Source: Alphaproteobacteria bacterium (lineage in GTDB: Bacteria > Pseudomonadota > Alphaproteobacteria > UBA828). Taken from it: a stretch of 64,000 bases of DNA. The stretch spans positions 224,001 through 288,000 of the forward strand of contig CAXXVO010000005.1 in assembly GCA_963422645.2 (NCBI GenBank), in the 5' to 3' direction. The notes under the pieces were generated by a model, which made no database searches, had not been told where the DNA came from, and was given only the letters and a program-made list of their open reading frames with translations. This document shows positions 1-10,552 of the stretch, one piece after another. The stretch's first letter is position 1. The number at the start of each line of letters is the position of its first letter. The position numbers and the translations under genes are program-made.

Positions 1-56
1 GGCGGGTCGCCCCGATGCCGGAGCGGCAGGTATCGGCAAGGCGCCGGGCCCCGCCA

Positions 57-1571
57 TCACGCGAGCGCGTCGCCCTTCGACAGTGCCTCTCCCCCGAAGC
101 GCTCGATCGCCTCCAGGGTCTCGCGCACGTCGTTCCAGGTGGTGGCGTGATTGATGATGCACATCCTGAGCGCGAACGTTCCGCGCAGCAGCGTCGACGA
201 CATGAACGCGGGGTCGTCCCAGAACATGCGGGCGAGCACGGTCCTGTTGACCTTGTCCAGTGTCTCCTCGTCGAGCCCGCCGTCCGCCGGATTGACCCGA
301 AAGCAGACGATCCCCAGCTTCGGCGTGTTCAGGGACTGAAGGACCGGACTCGCACGGACATAGTCATTGGCCTGAGCGGCCAATTCCATTCCCTTCGCGA
401 CCGCACTGCGGAACGCCGCCATTCCGAAGGTCTGGATCGACATCCAGACCTTGAGCGCGCGAACCGAGCGGCTCAGTTGCAGGCCGAGGTTGGAGAAGTT
501 GGGATGATTCGCCCCCCAGACCGTGTCCTGAAGGATGTCGGGCCGGACCGCGAAGGCGTCCGTGAGCGTGCTCTCGTCCTTCACCAGCAGGCAGCCCGCC
601 TCGTAGGGCTGGAACAGCCACTTGTGGGCGTCCAACCCGATTGAGTCGGCGCGCTCGATCCCGCGCAGGAGCTGCTTGCCCCGCTCCGTCACGACCGCGA
701 AGCCGCCGTAAGCGGCATCGACATGCAGCCAGAGCCCTTCCGCCGCGCAGAAGTCGGCCATCTCCTCGAGCCGGTCGATGGCGCCTGTGCCCGACGTGCC
801 GGCGTTGGCGGCGACCGCGATGGGAGTGAGGCCGTCGTCGCGGTCGGCGGCCACGGCGCGAGCGAGAGCATCCATGTCCATGCGGAAGTGCGCGTCGCTC
901 GCGATCATGCGGATGCGGTCGCGCCTGACGCCCACGATCATCGCCGCGCGGAAGAGCGCGCTGTGGCTCTGGTCGCTCATGTAGACGGTCGCGCGATCGG
1001 GGTGACCCGCTGACTCGCGCGCCGCCACGAAGGCGTCGACGCTGGCCGCCGAGCCGCCGCTGGTGAAGAGCCCGCCCGCGCCTTCCGGATAGCCGATCCA
1101 GCGCCTGAACCAGTCGATGACGACCAGCTCCAGCTGGCTAGGACCGCTTGCGACCAGCCAGGTGCATTGGTTGATGTGGTAGCCGGCGGCCATGAAGTCG
1201 GCCACCACGCCGGGCCAGGTGGGCGACGACGGAATGAACCCGAAGAAGCGGGGGTGATCGTTGCGCGCCGTGAGCGGGAGGATCTCGCGCGCAGCCCTCT
1301 CGATCACCTCCGCTGCAGGCCTGCCGTCCTCGGGCGCATCCTCCAGCAGCTGGTCTTCGAGCACCTGCCGAAACTCGCCCTCCCAGGCATTCTCTCCGGG
1401 CAGGCTCTCGATCCGCTCCACCAAGAGCTCGAGCGCCTTCTGCCCGAGGTCGAGCATCTGTTCGCGCGACATCTGCAGATCGCCGCTGACTCGGGCGTCC
1501 GGATCTGCCTCGCGCTCGCGATTGTCTCTCAAGGAGGCATCATCCCTGCCGATCACCGGTCGATCCGCCAC
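57..1571 (-). CDS. PLP-dependent group II (aromatic-L-amino-acid-like) decarboxylase
   Basis: Motifs HPRFFGF, FTSGGS, WLHVDAAYGG and DAHKWL (PLP lysine). GTG start at 1571 chosen because GGAGGAGG lies just upstream. Confidence 0.85.
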   Translation of the reverse strand: MADRPVIGRDDASLRDNREREADPDARVSGDLQMSREQMLDLGQKALELLVERIESLPGENAWEGEFRQVLEDQLLEDAPEDGRPAAEVIERAAREILPLTARNDHPRFFGFIPSSPTWPGVVADFMAAGYHINQCTWLVASGPSQLELVVIDWFRRWIGYPEGAGGLFTSGGSAASVDAFVAARESAGHPDRATVYMSDQSHSALFRAAMIVGVRRDRIRMIASDAHFRMDMDALARAVAADRDDGLTPIAVAANAGTSGTGAIDRLEEMADFCAAEGLWLHVDAAYGGFAVVTERGKQLLRGIERADSIGLDAHKWLFQPYEAGCLLVKDESTLTDAFAVRPDILQDTVWGANHPNFSNLGLQLSRSVRALKVWMSIQTFGMAAFRSAVAKGMELAAQANDYVRASPVLQSLNTPKLGIVCFRVNPADGGLDEETLDKVNRTVLARMFWDDPAFMSSTLLRGTFALRMCIINHATTWNDVRETLEAIERFGGEALSKGDALA

Positions 1572-1661
1572 GTCAGCCTCCTCCCCTGACCGGCGATCCC
1601 AACACAAGTGCCGCGGGAGGGAAACCCCGCGTAGGGTCACGGGCACGCGGGCGAGCATCCC

Positions 1662-2942
1662 TTATGCTGCGGCGACCAGGCGCCCGAGACGCGCGTCGGC
1701 CCGCCATACGCCGGCGACCACCGCGAGGCCGAGAGAGGACCAGACCAGCATGGTCCACCACGCGGCGTCCCAACCGCCGAGAGCCTCGGTCACCGCGGCG
1801 AGCAGCGGCGGGCCGAGCACGGCGCCGAGCGCGGCCCCCTGCGCGACGAAGCCGCCCGCCATCGCCACCTGCGCCTGGCTCGGCGCATGTGCGACACCGC
1901 CTTCGAAGCACGCGGCGGGCAGCGGGCCGCTGGCCAGGGCGAAGCAGACGGCAAGCGGGATCTTGGCCGCAACGGGCGTGAAGGGTGCGAAGAGCGTCGC
2001 CGCGCAGACGCCCATGCCCGTGAAGGTGAGTCCGAGCAGCAGCCAGCGCGCGACGCCCCGGAGCATGAGCCAGGCACTGGCCACGGAGCCCACGGTGGTG
2101 GCGAGGACGAAGAGCGCGGTGAAGAGCGCGGCAGCGGCGAGCGAGCGGCCCTGGGTCTCGATCAAGAAGGTGGGCAGCCACGCCATCAGCGCCTGCCACT
2201 GCACGGCGAAAATCGCGAAGCAGAGGCCGAAGAGCCAGGGCCCCGGCCGCGCCAGCGTCACGCGCACGCCTGCACGATCGAACGTGCTGCCCGCCGCCGG
2301 CATGCTCAAGCGCCCCGGCGCCGCGCCCCATGCGAAGGCAAGCAGGAAGAGCACAATCAGCCCGGTGTTGATGAACCAGAGGGCGCGCCAGCCGAGAGGC
2401 TCCAGCAGCACCGTCGCGATCACCAGCGAGAGCGCGATGCCGACCGGCATGTAGGTGCCCCAGATGCCGAGGACGAAGCGGCGCACGGAGCCATCGGCCG
2501 CGGCGACGAGCATCTTGGGCCCGGCAACCGTAAGCGTGGCGAAGCCGAAGCCTTCGACGATGCGGGCCGCCAGCAGCTGTGCCCCGCTCTCCGCAAATCC
2601 GCCGGCAAGGCTCGAGAGCGCCATCACGGCACCCCCGACAAAGACCATCTGCCTGATGCCAAGCCGGTCGACCAGCAGCCCGCCGGCAACGCCCAGGACC
2701 GCGCCCATGCCGTAGAAGGACGACGCGATCAGTCCGGCGATGACGCGGGGCAGGCCAAGCTCCGCCTCCAGCATCGGGAGCGCCGGCGGCACCTTGCCGA
2801 CCTGCATGCCAACCATATAGCCGGCCGCGAAGGCCAGGGCCACGATGTCCCAGCGCGTGCGGGCCGGGGACACGATCAGCGTCGTCGCGGCCTGCCGCGC
2901 CGCCTCCCGTCGCGGTCCGTCATCGAGTTCCAGGGCTCGCAC
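1662..2942 (-). CDS. MFS transporter (CynX/NimT-like)
   Basis: About 12 hydrophobic segments, motif A-like GLLVDRLGIR and ARIVEGFG. True start is probably nearer the rnr stop (~2876). Confidence 0.8.
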   Translation of the reverse strand: MRALELDDGPRREAARQAATTLIVSPARTRWDIVALAFAAGYMVGMQVGKVPPALPMLEAELGLPRVIAGLIASSFYGMGAVLGVAGGLLVDRLGIRQMVFVGGAVMALSSLAGGFAESGAQLLAARIVEGFGFATLTVAGPKMLVAAADGSVRRFVLGIWGTYMPVGIALSLVIATVLLEPLGWRALWFINTGLIVLFLLAFAWGAAPGRLSMPAAGSTFDRAGVRVTLARPGPWLFGLCFAIFAVQWQALMAWLPTFLIETQGRSLAAAALFTALFVLATTVGSVASAWLMLRGVARWLLLGLTFTGMGVCAATLFAPFTPVAAKIPLAVCFALASGPLPAACFEGGVAHAPSQAQVAMAGGFVAQGAALGAVLGPPLLAAVTEALGGWDAAWWTMLVWSSLGLAVVAGVWRADARLGRLVAAA

Positions 2943-5077
2943 TTTGCGGCCGAGAGGGAAAAGACGAGGCTGCCGGCAACGGGATCGGCCTCCTTGAGTG
3001 TCACGACCACGGGATCGCCCAGGCGGAGTGTGCGCCCATCGACTGCGAGTGTGTGCCGGCGGGCGTCGAAACGCGGGCGGGCGGCACCGAGGGAGCGCCC
3101 CGGCACCAGGCCTTCGGCGCCGGTCTCGTCGAGGGAGACGAAGATCCCGAAGCGGGTGACGCCGGCGATGCGGCCCTGAAATTCAGCGTCCAGGCGATCC
3201 GCCAGATAGGCGGCGCAGTAGCGATCTCCGGCAGCGCGCTCGGCGGCCTGCGCGCGCCGCTCGGTGGACGAGATGTGCGTGCCCAGATGTTCCAACGCCT
3301 CTGCCTCCGTGCGCCCGAAGCCGCCCGCCCCGAGACCGTAGGCGTCGATCAAGGCGCGATGCACCAGCAGGTCGGCGTAGCGGCGGATCGGTGAGGTGAA
3401 GTGGGCGTAGCGCACGAGGCCGAGCCCGTAGTGGCCGATGTTGCGCGGGCTGTAGACGGCCTGCGCCTGGGTGCGCAGGATCATCAGGCTGGCGATGCCG
3501 ACATCGCGCGGGTTCTCGAGCAGGGCGAGGAAGCGGTTGAAGGCATCGGGACGCATCGCGCCGCTGCGCGGCATGGCGATCCCGCGGCTGCGGAGAAACT
3601 CACGCAGCACCTCGAGCTTCGCGGAATCGGGCAGGTCGTGGACGCGGTACATGCAAGGCGCGCGCTTGGCTTCGAGGGCGCTGGCGGCGGCGACATTGGC
3701 CGCGATCATCAGCTCCTCAATCAAGCGGTGGCTGTCGTGGCGGCGGACGAAGCCGATGCGCGCCACCCTGCCGTCCTCGGCCACCGTCACCTCGCGCTCC
3801 GGCAGCTCCAGGTCGAGCGCGCCGCGGCGCTCGCGCGCCGCCCGGAGCGCGCCGTAGACGCCGTAGAGCGCGGTGATCGCGGCCCGGACCGGCGCCGCCA
3901 GGCCGTCGCAGTCGCGCTCCGCCGCGGTCTGAACTTCGTCATAGGTGAGCCGTGCCGCCGAGCGCATGAGCGCGCGCTCGAAGCGCCAGTTGAGCAGTTC
4001 GCCCGCGGCGTCGATGCGGAGATGCGCGGCGAGGCAGGCGCGGTCCACGTCGGGCTTCAACGAGCAGAGGTCGGCGGAGAGCGCCTCCGGCAGCATCGGC
4101 ACAACGCGGTCGGGGAAGTAGGCGGAGTTTCCGCGCTCGCGCGCCGCCTTGTCGAGGGCGCTGCCGGGCAGGACGAAATGCGCCACGTCGGCGATGGCGA
4201 CGAGCGCGCGCCAGCCTCCCGGATTGTCCGGCGCGGGATCGGCCTCAGCCCAGACCGCGTCGTCGAAATCGCGGGCGTCGGCGCCGTCGATGGTGACCAA
4301 AGGGAACGCCCGCAGATCGGTGCGGCCTTCAGGTCCCGGCGGCACCGCGCGCTCGGCCTCCGCCAGTGCCGCGTCGGGGAAGCGCATCGGCAAGCCGTGA
4401 GCGTGAATTGCGGCGAGGCTGATCGCGCCTGGCGAGTCCGCATCGCCCAGCCGCTCGACCACCCTGGCGTCGGTCAGGCCGAGGCGGCTGCCGGGCTCGG
4501 TTTCGCCGACCACCAGCTCGCCCGACCGGGCGCCGGCGGTCTTGCCCGCCGGTACTGCGAGATCGCGGCGGGAGCGGCGCTCCGCCGGCTCGATCACGCC
4601 CCCGCCATTGCCCGTGGCGTGGAAGACCCCGACCACCCGGCGGGGGCCGGCATCGAGCACGCGCAAGGGCCGCGCCAGATAGCCGCCATCGGGCGCGCGC
4701 CTGAGCCGCGCGAGCACGCGATCGCCCTCACCCGGTTCAGGAACGCCGCGGGGTGCCGGGTCGAGGGTGATCGGAGGCGGCGGATCGGGCTCCTCCCAAC
4801 GCGCCGGCCGTGCTCTGAGCGCGCCGTCGGCATCGAGGCCGTCGACCTCCAGCACGGTAACTGAGGGCAGTGTGCCGGCGGGGCGGCGCCGCTTGCGACG
4901 GCCATCGAGCGCGCCTTCCTCCTCCAGCGAGCGCAGGAGCTCGGTCAGCGCGGCCCGGTCGTTGCCGCGAATTCCGAAGGCCCGCGCGATCTCGCGCCGA
5001 CCGACCTTGCCCGGGCTCTCCCGAACAAAGCGCAGAACTTCATCCTTGGTCGGAAAGGGAGCCGGCTTGCCCGCCAA
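2876..5077 (-). CDS. rnr: Ribonuclease R
   Basis: RNB motifs TIDGADARDFDDA, VAIADVAHFV and YAHFTSPIRRYADL; N-terminal HTH; C-terminal S1 domain. Confidence 0.95.
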   Translation of the reverse strand: MAGKPAPFPTKDEVLRFVRESPGKVGRREIARAFGIRGNDRAALTELLRSLEEEGALDGRRKRRRPAGTLPSVTVLEVDGLDADGALRARPARWEEPDPPPPITLDPAPRGVPEPGEGDRVLARLRRAPDGGYLARPLRVLDAGPRRVVGVFHATGNGGGVIEPAERRSRRDLAVPAGKTAGARSGELVVGETEPGSRLGLTDARVVERLGDADSPGAISLAAIHAHGLPMRFPDAALAEAERAVPPGPEGRTDLRAFPLVTIDGADARDFDDAVWAEADPAPDNPGGWRALVAIADVAHFVLPGSALDKAARERGNSAYFPDRVVPMLPEALSADLCSLKPDVDRACLAAHLRIDAAGELLNWRFERALMRSAARLTYDEVQTAAERDCDGLAAPVRAAITALYGVYGALRAARERRGALDLELPEREVTVAEDGRVARIGFVRRHDSHRLIEELMIAANVAAASALEAKRAPCMYRVHDLPDSAKLEVLREFLRSRGIAMPRSGAMRPDAFNRFLALLENPRDVGIASLMILRTQAQAVYSPRNIGHYGLGLVRYAHFTSPIRRYADLLVHRALIDAYGLGAGGFGRTEAEALEHLGTHISSTERRAQAAERAAGDRYCAAYLADRLDAEFQGRIAGVTRFGIFVSLDETGAEGLVPGRSLGAARPRFDARRHTLAVDGRTLRLGDPVVVTLKEADPVAGSLVFSLSAAKCEPWNSMTDRDGRRRGRPRRR

Positions 5078-5092
5078 GAGCGTCGCGCGCCG

Positions 5093-7675
5093 CTAGGGCG
5101 CGCCGTCGGCGGGCGTGCCCGCTTGCCGGCGCGACGCGCGCTTCGCCTTGGGCCGCCCTCGCCCCGATGTCTTCTTCTTGGTGCCGCCCTTGGCCGCCTT
5201 GGCGGCGAGCAGCTTGACGGCGTCATCCAGGGTGAGCTCGTCGGCGGACGCGCCCTTGGGCAGCGACGCACGCACGCGGCGATGCTGGACATAGGGCCCG
5301 TAGCGGCCGCTGCGGAGACTCACCGGCTCGCCGCCATCCGGGTGGGCGCCGAGCTCCCGCAGCACCTGCGCCCCACCCTTCTTCTCGGCGATCAGCACCA
5401 CCGCCCGGTTCAGGCCCACCTCCAGCACGCTCTCGCCGCGTGGCAGCGAGCGATAGGCGCCGTCGTGCTTGACGTAGGCGCCGAAGCGGCCGATGCCGGC
5501 GGTGACCGGCTTGCCGGACTCGGGGTGGATGCCGATCTCGCGCGGGAGCGCGAGCAGGCCGAGCGCCGTCCGCAGATCGACCAGGTCCGGCGCCAGGTCC
5601 TGGGGCAGGGAGACGCGCTTGGGCTTCTCCTTTGATGTCTCCTCGACAGCCTGCTCGATGTAGAGGCCGTAGGGGCCGCGCTTGAGCATGATCGGCAGAC
5701 CGGTCTCCGGGTCGTTGCCGAGCGTGCGCGGCTCCGACGCATTGTCCCCGTTCTCGGCGAGCGGGCGCGTGTACTTGCAGTCGGGATAGTTGGCGCAGCC
5801 GACGAAGGGGCCGTAGCGCCCGAGCTTGAGCCCGAGCCGCCCGTCCTCGCAGGAGGGGCAGCGGCGGTCCTCGCTGCCATCCTCGGCCGGGAACAGGTGC
5901 AGCCCGAGCGTCGCGTCGAGGGCATCGAGCACATGCTTGACCCGGAGCCCCTTGGTCTCCTCCACCGCGCCGGCGAAGTCCCGCCAGAAGTCGCTGAGCA
6001 CCTGCCGCCAGTCGATCTCGCCGGCGGAGATGGTATCGAGCTGGCCTTCGAGCGAAGCCGTGAAGTCGTACTCGACGTAGCGGCTGAAGAAGCTTTCGAG
6101 GAACACCGTGACGATGCGCCCGCGATCCTCCGGCACGAAGCGGCGCTTCTCCAGGCGCACGTAGTCGCGGTCCTGCAGCACCGAGATGATCGACGCGTAG
6201 GTGGAGGGACGGCCGATGCCGAGCTCCTCCAGCCGCCTGACCAGGCTCGCTTCGGAGAAGCGCGGCGGCGGTTCGGTCACGTGCTTGTTCGGGGTGACGC
6301 CGGCGACCGCCATCGCCTCGCCCACGCTAACCGCCGGCAGCCGGCGCTCGTCGTCGGCATCGCCGTTGTCGCGCTGGGCGTCGTCCCGGCCCTCCTGATA
6401 GACGCGGAGGAAGCCGTCGAAGGCGACGGTCGACCCGGTGGCGCGCAGACCGATGCGGCCATCGTCCGAGGCGATGTCCACGCTCACCCGGTCGATCTCG
6501 GCGCTCGCCATCTGGCTGGCGAGCGCGCGCTTCCAGATCAGCTCGTAGAGCCGCGCCTGATCCTTCTTCAGTGCCGACGAGAGCGACTGCGGCGTGCGGG
6601 CGAGATCGGTGGGGCGGATCGCCTCGTGCGCCTCCTGCGCGTTCTTCGCCTTGGTGCGGTAGCGGCGGGGCTTCTCCGGCACGTAAGCCTTGCCGTAGCG
6701 CTGGCCGATCACGTCCCGCGCCTGGCGCATCGCCTGCTCCGCGATCTGGACGCCGTCGGTCCGCATGTAGGTGATGAGGCCCACCTGCTCGCCACCCACC
6801 GCAATGCCTTCGTAGAGCTGCTGGGCCACCTGCATGGTGCGCCGCGCGGCGAAACCCAGCTTGCGCGAGGCCTCCTGCTGCAGGGTCGACGTGGTGAAGG
6901 GAGGCGCCGGATTGCGCTTGACCCGCTTGGGCTCGACGGCGCCAATGCTGTAGCGGCCGGAGCGGACGAGTTCGGCTGCCTGCTCGGCCGCTTCCTGGTC
7001 TCCGAGCGCGTACTTGCCGAGCTTCTCGCCATCGAGGGCGGCGAGGCGGGCGATGATGCGCTCGCCCCGAGGCGTGTCCAGGTCAACCTCGATCGACCAG
7101 TATTCGCGCGGCTTGAAGGCCTCGATCTCGAGCTCGCGTGCGCAGATCAGGCGGAGCGCGACCGATTGCACGCGGCCGGCCGAGCGCGAGCCCGGGAGCT
7201 TGCGCCAGAGCACCGGCGAGAGCGTGAAGCCCACCAGATAATCGAGCGCGCGGCGCGCCCTGTAGGCATCGATCAGGTCGTCGTCGAGGTCGCGAGGGGC
7301 GGCCATGGCGTCGAGCACGGCGGACTTGGTGACCTCGGTGAAGACCACGCGCTTGACGGCGACGCCGTCCAACAGCCCGCGCCGGCCGAGCTCGTCCCGC
7401 ACATGCCAGGAGATCGCCTCGCCCTCGCGGTCGGGGTCAGTGGCGAGATAGAGATGGTCCGCGCCCTTGAGCGCCTTGCGGATGGTACCGATGTGCTTCT
7501 CGGCACCGTCGGCGACGGTCCAGTCCATGGCGAAGGCATCGTTCGGCCGCACCGAGCCGTCCTTGGGCAGGAGATCGCGCACGTGGCCGTAGGAGGCCAC
7601 GACCGTGTAGTCCGGGCCCAGATATCGACCGATGGTGGACGCCTTGGTAGGCGATTCGACGACGACGACGTTCAT
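5093..7675 (-). CDS. topA: DNA topoisomerase I
   Basis: VVESPTK, LATDPDREGEAI, SAGRVQS, GLITYMRTD (catalytic Tyr), zinc ribbon and C-terminal GRYGPY repeats. Confidence 0.97.
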   Translation of the reverse strand: MNVVVVESPTKASTIGRYLGPDYTVVASYGHVRDLLPKDGSVRPNDAFAMDWTVADGAEKHIGTIRKALKGADHLYLATDPDREGEAISWHVRDELGRRGLLDGVAVKRVVFTEVTKSAVLDAMAAPRDLDDDLIDAYRARRALDYLVGFTLSPVLWRKLPGSRSAGRVQSVALRLICARELEIEAFKPREYWSIEVDLDTPRGERIIARLAALDGEKLGKYALGDQEAAEQAAELVRSGRYSIGAVEPKRVKRNPAPPFTTSTLQQEASRKLGFAARRTMQVAQQLYEGIAVGGEQVGLITYMRTDGVQIAEQAMRQARDVIGQRYGKAYVPEKPRRYRTKAKNAQEAHEAIRPTDLARTPQSLSSALKKDQARLYELIWKRALASQMASAEIDRVSVDIASDDGRIGLRATGSTVAFDGFLRVYQEGRDDAQRDNGDADDERRLPAVSVGEAMAVAGVTPNKHVTEPPPRFSEASLVRRLEELGIGRPSTYASIISVLQDRDYVRLEKRRFVPEDRGRIVTVFLESFFSRYVEYDFTASLEGQLDTISAGEIDWRQVLSDFWRDFAGAVEETKGLRVKHVLDALDATLGLHLFPAEDGSEDRRCPSCEDGRLGLKLGRYGPFVGCANYPDCKYTRPLAENGDNASEPRTLGNDPETGLPIMLKRGPYGLYIEQAVEETSKEKPKRVSLPQDLAPDLVDLRTALGLLALPREIGIHPESGKPVTAGIGRFGAYVKHDGAYRSLPRGESVLEVGLNRAVVLIAEKKGGAQVLRELGAHPDGGEPVSLRSGRYGPYVQHRRVRASLPKGASADELTLDDAVKLLAAKAAKGGTKKKTSGRGRPKAKRASRRQAGTPADGAP

Positions 7676-7710
7676 CCTGAAACGCTTGCTGGTAGCGCCA
7701 TCGGGCGGTG

Positions 7711-8859
7711 CTACGCCGCCGGCTGGGAGAGTGAAACACGGTTGCCGGGCTGGCGTTCCAAGTGCCCCGCCAGCTCAAGCTCAAGCAAAATGGTCGCCAC
7801 CGTCGCGGGAGTCAACCGGCTCTGCCTGACCAGCATGTCCACCGGCACCGGGCTCGAACCGAGCAAAGCGATGACGGACTCGCGTGCATTGGCGGGCGCG
7901 TCGTCGTCCTTTGGCGTGCCGAGAGCGGCGGCATCCGGCCAAAATTGCCGGGGTTCGTTGAGCACCTGGCGGCCGCCTTCGGCCAGCGCTTCGAGCACGT
8001 GGTCGGCGTTCTCCACCAGCGTGGCGCCTTGGCGAATCAGGCGGTTTGGGCCGCTGGCGCGCGGGTCGAGGGGCGAGCCGGGCACCGCCATCACCTCGCG
8101 TCCCTGCTCCAGCGCGAGGCGCGCCGTGATCAGCGAGCCCGAGCGCGCCGCGCCCTCGACGATCACGACGCCGCGGGCGAGCCCCGATATGATTCGATTG
8201 CGGCGCGGGAAGTGGCGCCCCATGGGCACCGTGCCGAGCGGCGCCTCCGCGGCGACCGTGCCCTCCTCCAGCAGACGCTCGAAGAGCGACCGGTTCTCCT
8301 TGGGATAAAGAACGTCGATTCCGCCGCCCATGATCGCGACCGTGCCGGTAGGCAGCGCGCCGGCGTGGGCGCGGGCGTCGATGCCGCGGGCCATGCCGGA
8401 GACCACGGTGAGACCTGCGGCGCCCAAGTCCGCCGCCAGCCGCTCGGCGAAGTGGAGCCCGTTCGCTGACGCGTTCCGCGCGCCCACCACGGCGACGGAG
8501 TCGCCCGCGAGCAGGTCCGCGCGCCCGCGCAGGGCGATCACCGGCGGCGGGTCGTCGATGGCGGCGAGCGCCTGCGGATATGCAGGCTCGCCCAGTGCGA
8601 TCAGGCGTCCGCCAAGCGCGGTGAGGTCCTTGAGCTCACGCTCGGCTATTGCGCGCGAGCAGACCTTGATGGGGCGCCGCCTGCCGCCGCGCCGCGCGAG
8701 CGCGGGCAGCGCGTCGAGCACGGCGGCGGGCGTGCCGAAGCGGTCCAGCAGCGCGAAGAAGGTGATCGGCCCGACGTTCTCGCTGCGGGCGAGGCGCAGC
8801 CAGTCGAGCCGTTCGGCCTCGCTAAGCGTGCGCGTCTCGCTGGAGTCAGAAACGTTCAT
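7711..8859 (-). CDS. dprA: DNA-processing protein DprA
   Basis: VVGARNAS, VSGMARGID, FPRRNRIISGL and SGSLITA; ATG at 8859; conserved position next to topA. Confidence 0.95.
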   Translation of the reverse strand: MNVSDSSETRTLSEAERLDWLRLARSENVGPITFFALLDRFGTPAAVLDALPALARRGGRRRPIKVCSRAIAERELKDLTALGGRLIALGEPAYPQALAAIDDPPPVIALRGRADLLAGDSVAVVGARNASANGLHFAERLAADLGAAGLTVVSGMARGIDARAHAGALPTGTVAIMGGGIDVLYPKENRSLFERLLEEGTVAAEAPLGTVPMGRHFPRRNRIISGLARGVVIVEGAARSGSLITARLALEQGREVMAVPGSPLDPRASGPNRLIRQGATLVENADHVLEALAEGGRQVLNEPRQFWPDAAALGTPKDDDAPANARESVIALLGSSPVPVDMLVRQSRLTPATVATILLELELAGHLERQPGNRVSLSQPAA

Positions 8860-9505
8860 TGGTCGCCGGAGGGTTGGCTTCGGGGGCGGCCGGGTTACTC
8901 CAGCCGATGCGGGGCTCGCGGCCCCGCGCGAGGCGCACGATGTTCGCCCCATGGCGGAGCGTCACGATGACCGCGAGGAAGCCCGCGAGCCACGCGATCT
9001 GCGGCATGTCGAAGAGGATCGCGAACCCCGGCGCGGCGCAGATCGCGATCAAGGCGGCGAGGGAGGAATAGCGGAAGAGCCCGGCGACGGCGAGCCAGAG
9101 CCCGCAGGCGATGAGCCCGACAGGCCACGCGATCGCGAGCAGGACGCCCAAGGTCGTGGCCACGCCCTTGCCACCCTTGAAGAGCAGCCAGACCGGCGCG
9201 ATGTGGCCCACGACCACGCAGCCTGCGGCGATCACCGCCATGTCGGGGCCGAAGCGCTGGGCGATGACCACGGCGACGGCGCCCTTGCCGCCGTCGAGCA
9301 GCAGGGTGAGCGCGGCGGCCGCCTTGTTGCCGGTGCGTAGCACGTTGGTGGCGCCGATGTTGCCGGAGCCGATGCGCCGCAGGTCGCCGAGCTTGAAGAG
9401 GCGCGCCACGATCAGCCCCATGGGCAGCGCGCCGATCAGATAGGCGATGACCCCGCCGAGATAGAAGGGCCAGATAAAGGCGAAGTTGCCGAGCGGATCG
9501 GGCAC
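8846..9505 (-). CDS. plsY: Glycerol-3-phosphate acyltransferase PlsY
   Basis: GSGNIGATNVLR, FKGGKGVAT and RHGANI motifs. Confidence 0.95.
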   Translation of the reverse strand: MPDPLGNFAFIWPFYLGGVIAYLIGALPMGLIVARLFKLGDLRRIGSGNIGATNVLRTGNKAAAALTLLLDGGKGAVAVVIAQRFGPDMAVIAAGCVVVGHIAPVWLLFKGGKGVATTLGVLLAIAWPVGLIACGLWLAVAGLFRYSSLAALIAICAAPGFAILFDMPQIAWLAGFLAVIVTLRHGANIVRLARGREPRIGWSNPAAPEANPPATNERF

Positions 9506-9520
9506 CGCGACTGGCTCTGC

Positions 9521-10552
9521 TCAAGGCCGCATGATCATGCGGCCGAAGAAGTTGCGGCTCTCCATCAGCGCGTGGGCCGCCGGCGCGTCACTCAGGGGGA
9601 AGACCTGGTGGATCACCGGCGCGAGATGGCCCTCCGCCATCAGCCCGAGCACGCGCTCGACATGGGCTTTGGTCGAGCGCCCGCAGCCGTGCACTGCGAT
9701 GTGCTTGCGGAAGAACTCGACGAAGTCGATCTCCACCCGCTCGCCGCCGTGAGCGCCGATGGTGGCGAGCCGGGCACCGGGCGCGAGCGCGTCGATGGCG
9801 CCCACCAGAATTGCGCCGCCGGTCATCTCCAGCGCCGCATCGACGCCGCGGCCATCGGTGAGCCGCCGCGCCGCGCCGCCGATGTCCTCACGCGCGTAGT
9901 CGATCGCCGCATCGGCGCCGAGGGTGAGGGCCTTCTCCAGCTTCTCCCCGGAGCCTGCGGCGGCGATCACCCGCGCGCCCGCGAGCTTGGCGACCTGGAC
10001 CGCGGCGGAGCCCACGCCGCCGCATGCCGCGGTGATCAGCACCGTCTCGCCTGCACGAAGGCCGATCTCCTCGATCAGCGCCTCCCAGGCGGTGGCGAAG
10101 GGAATCTGGCCGGCCACCGCATCCTCGTAAGAGAGCGAGTCGGGGATACGGACGACGTGGTCGTGGCGCACCTTTACGTACTCGGCATAACCGCCCCAAT
10201 GGGTGACGCCGAGCACGCCCGCGTTCATGCAGAGGTTCTCCTGGCCGTCGCGGCAGTCGACGCAGGTGCCGCAGCTCAGCATGAAGTGCGGCGCGACCCG
10301 GTCGCCTTCGCTGAACCCGGTCACGCCGGCGCCGACATCGGCGACAGCGCCAGCCGCGTCGACGCCCATGACGTGCGGCATCGGGCTCTCCACGCCGAAG
10401 AGCCCCTTGCGCAGGTCGGTGTCGCAATGGTTCACGCCCGAGGCATGGACCTTGATCAGGAGCTCGCCGGGGCCCGCCGCCGGGGTCTGAACATCCTCGT
10501 AGACAATCGTGTCGAAGGCCTCGCCGTAGCCGTGGATCACCGCCGCCTTCAT
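9521..10552 (-). CDS. Zinc-binding alcohol dehydrogenase / quinone oxidoreductase (MDR family)
   Basis: Structural zinc site CGTCVDC...C, MDR fold motifs and Rossmann GGVGSAA. Confidence 0.85.
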   Translation of the reverse strand: MKAAVIHGYGEAFDTIVYEDVQTPAAGPGELLIKVHASGVNHCDTDLRKGLFGVESPMPHVMGVDAAGAVADVGAGVTGFSEGDRVAPHFMLSCGTCVDCRDGQENLCMNAGVLGVTHWGGYAEYVKVRHDHVVRIPDSLSYEDAVAGQIPFATAWEALIEEIGLRAGETVLITAACGGVGSAAVQVAKLAGARVIAAAGSGEKLEKALTLGADAAIDYAREDIGGAARRLTDGRGVDAALEMTGGAILVGAIDALAPGARLATIGAHGGERVEIDFVEFFRKHIAVHGCGRSTKAHVERVLGLMAEGHLAPVIHQVFPLSDAPAAHALMESRNFFGRMIMRP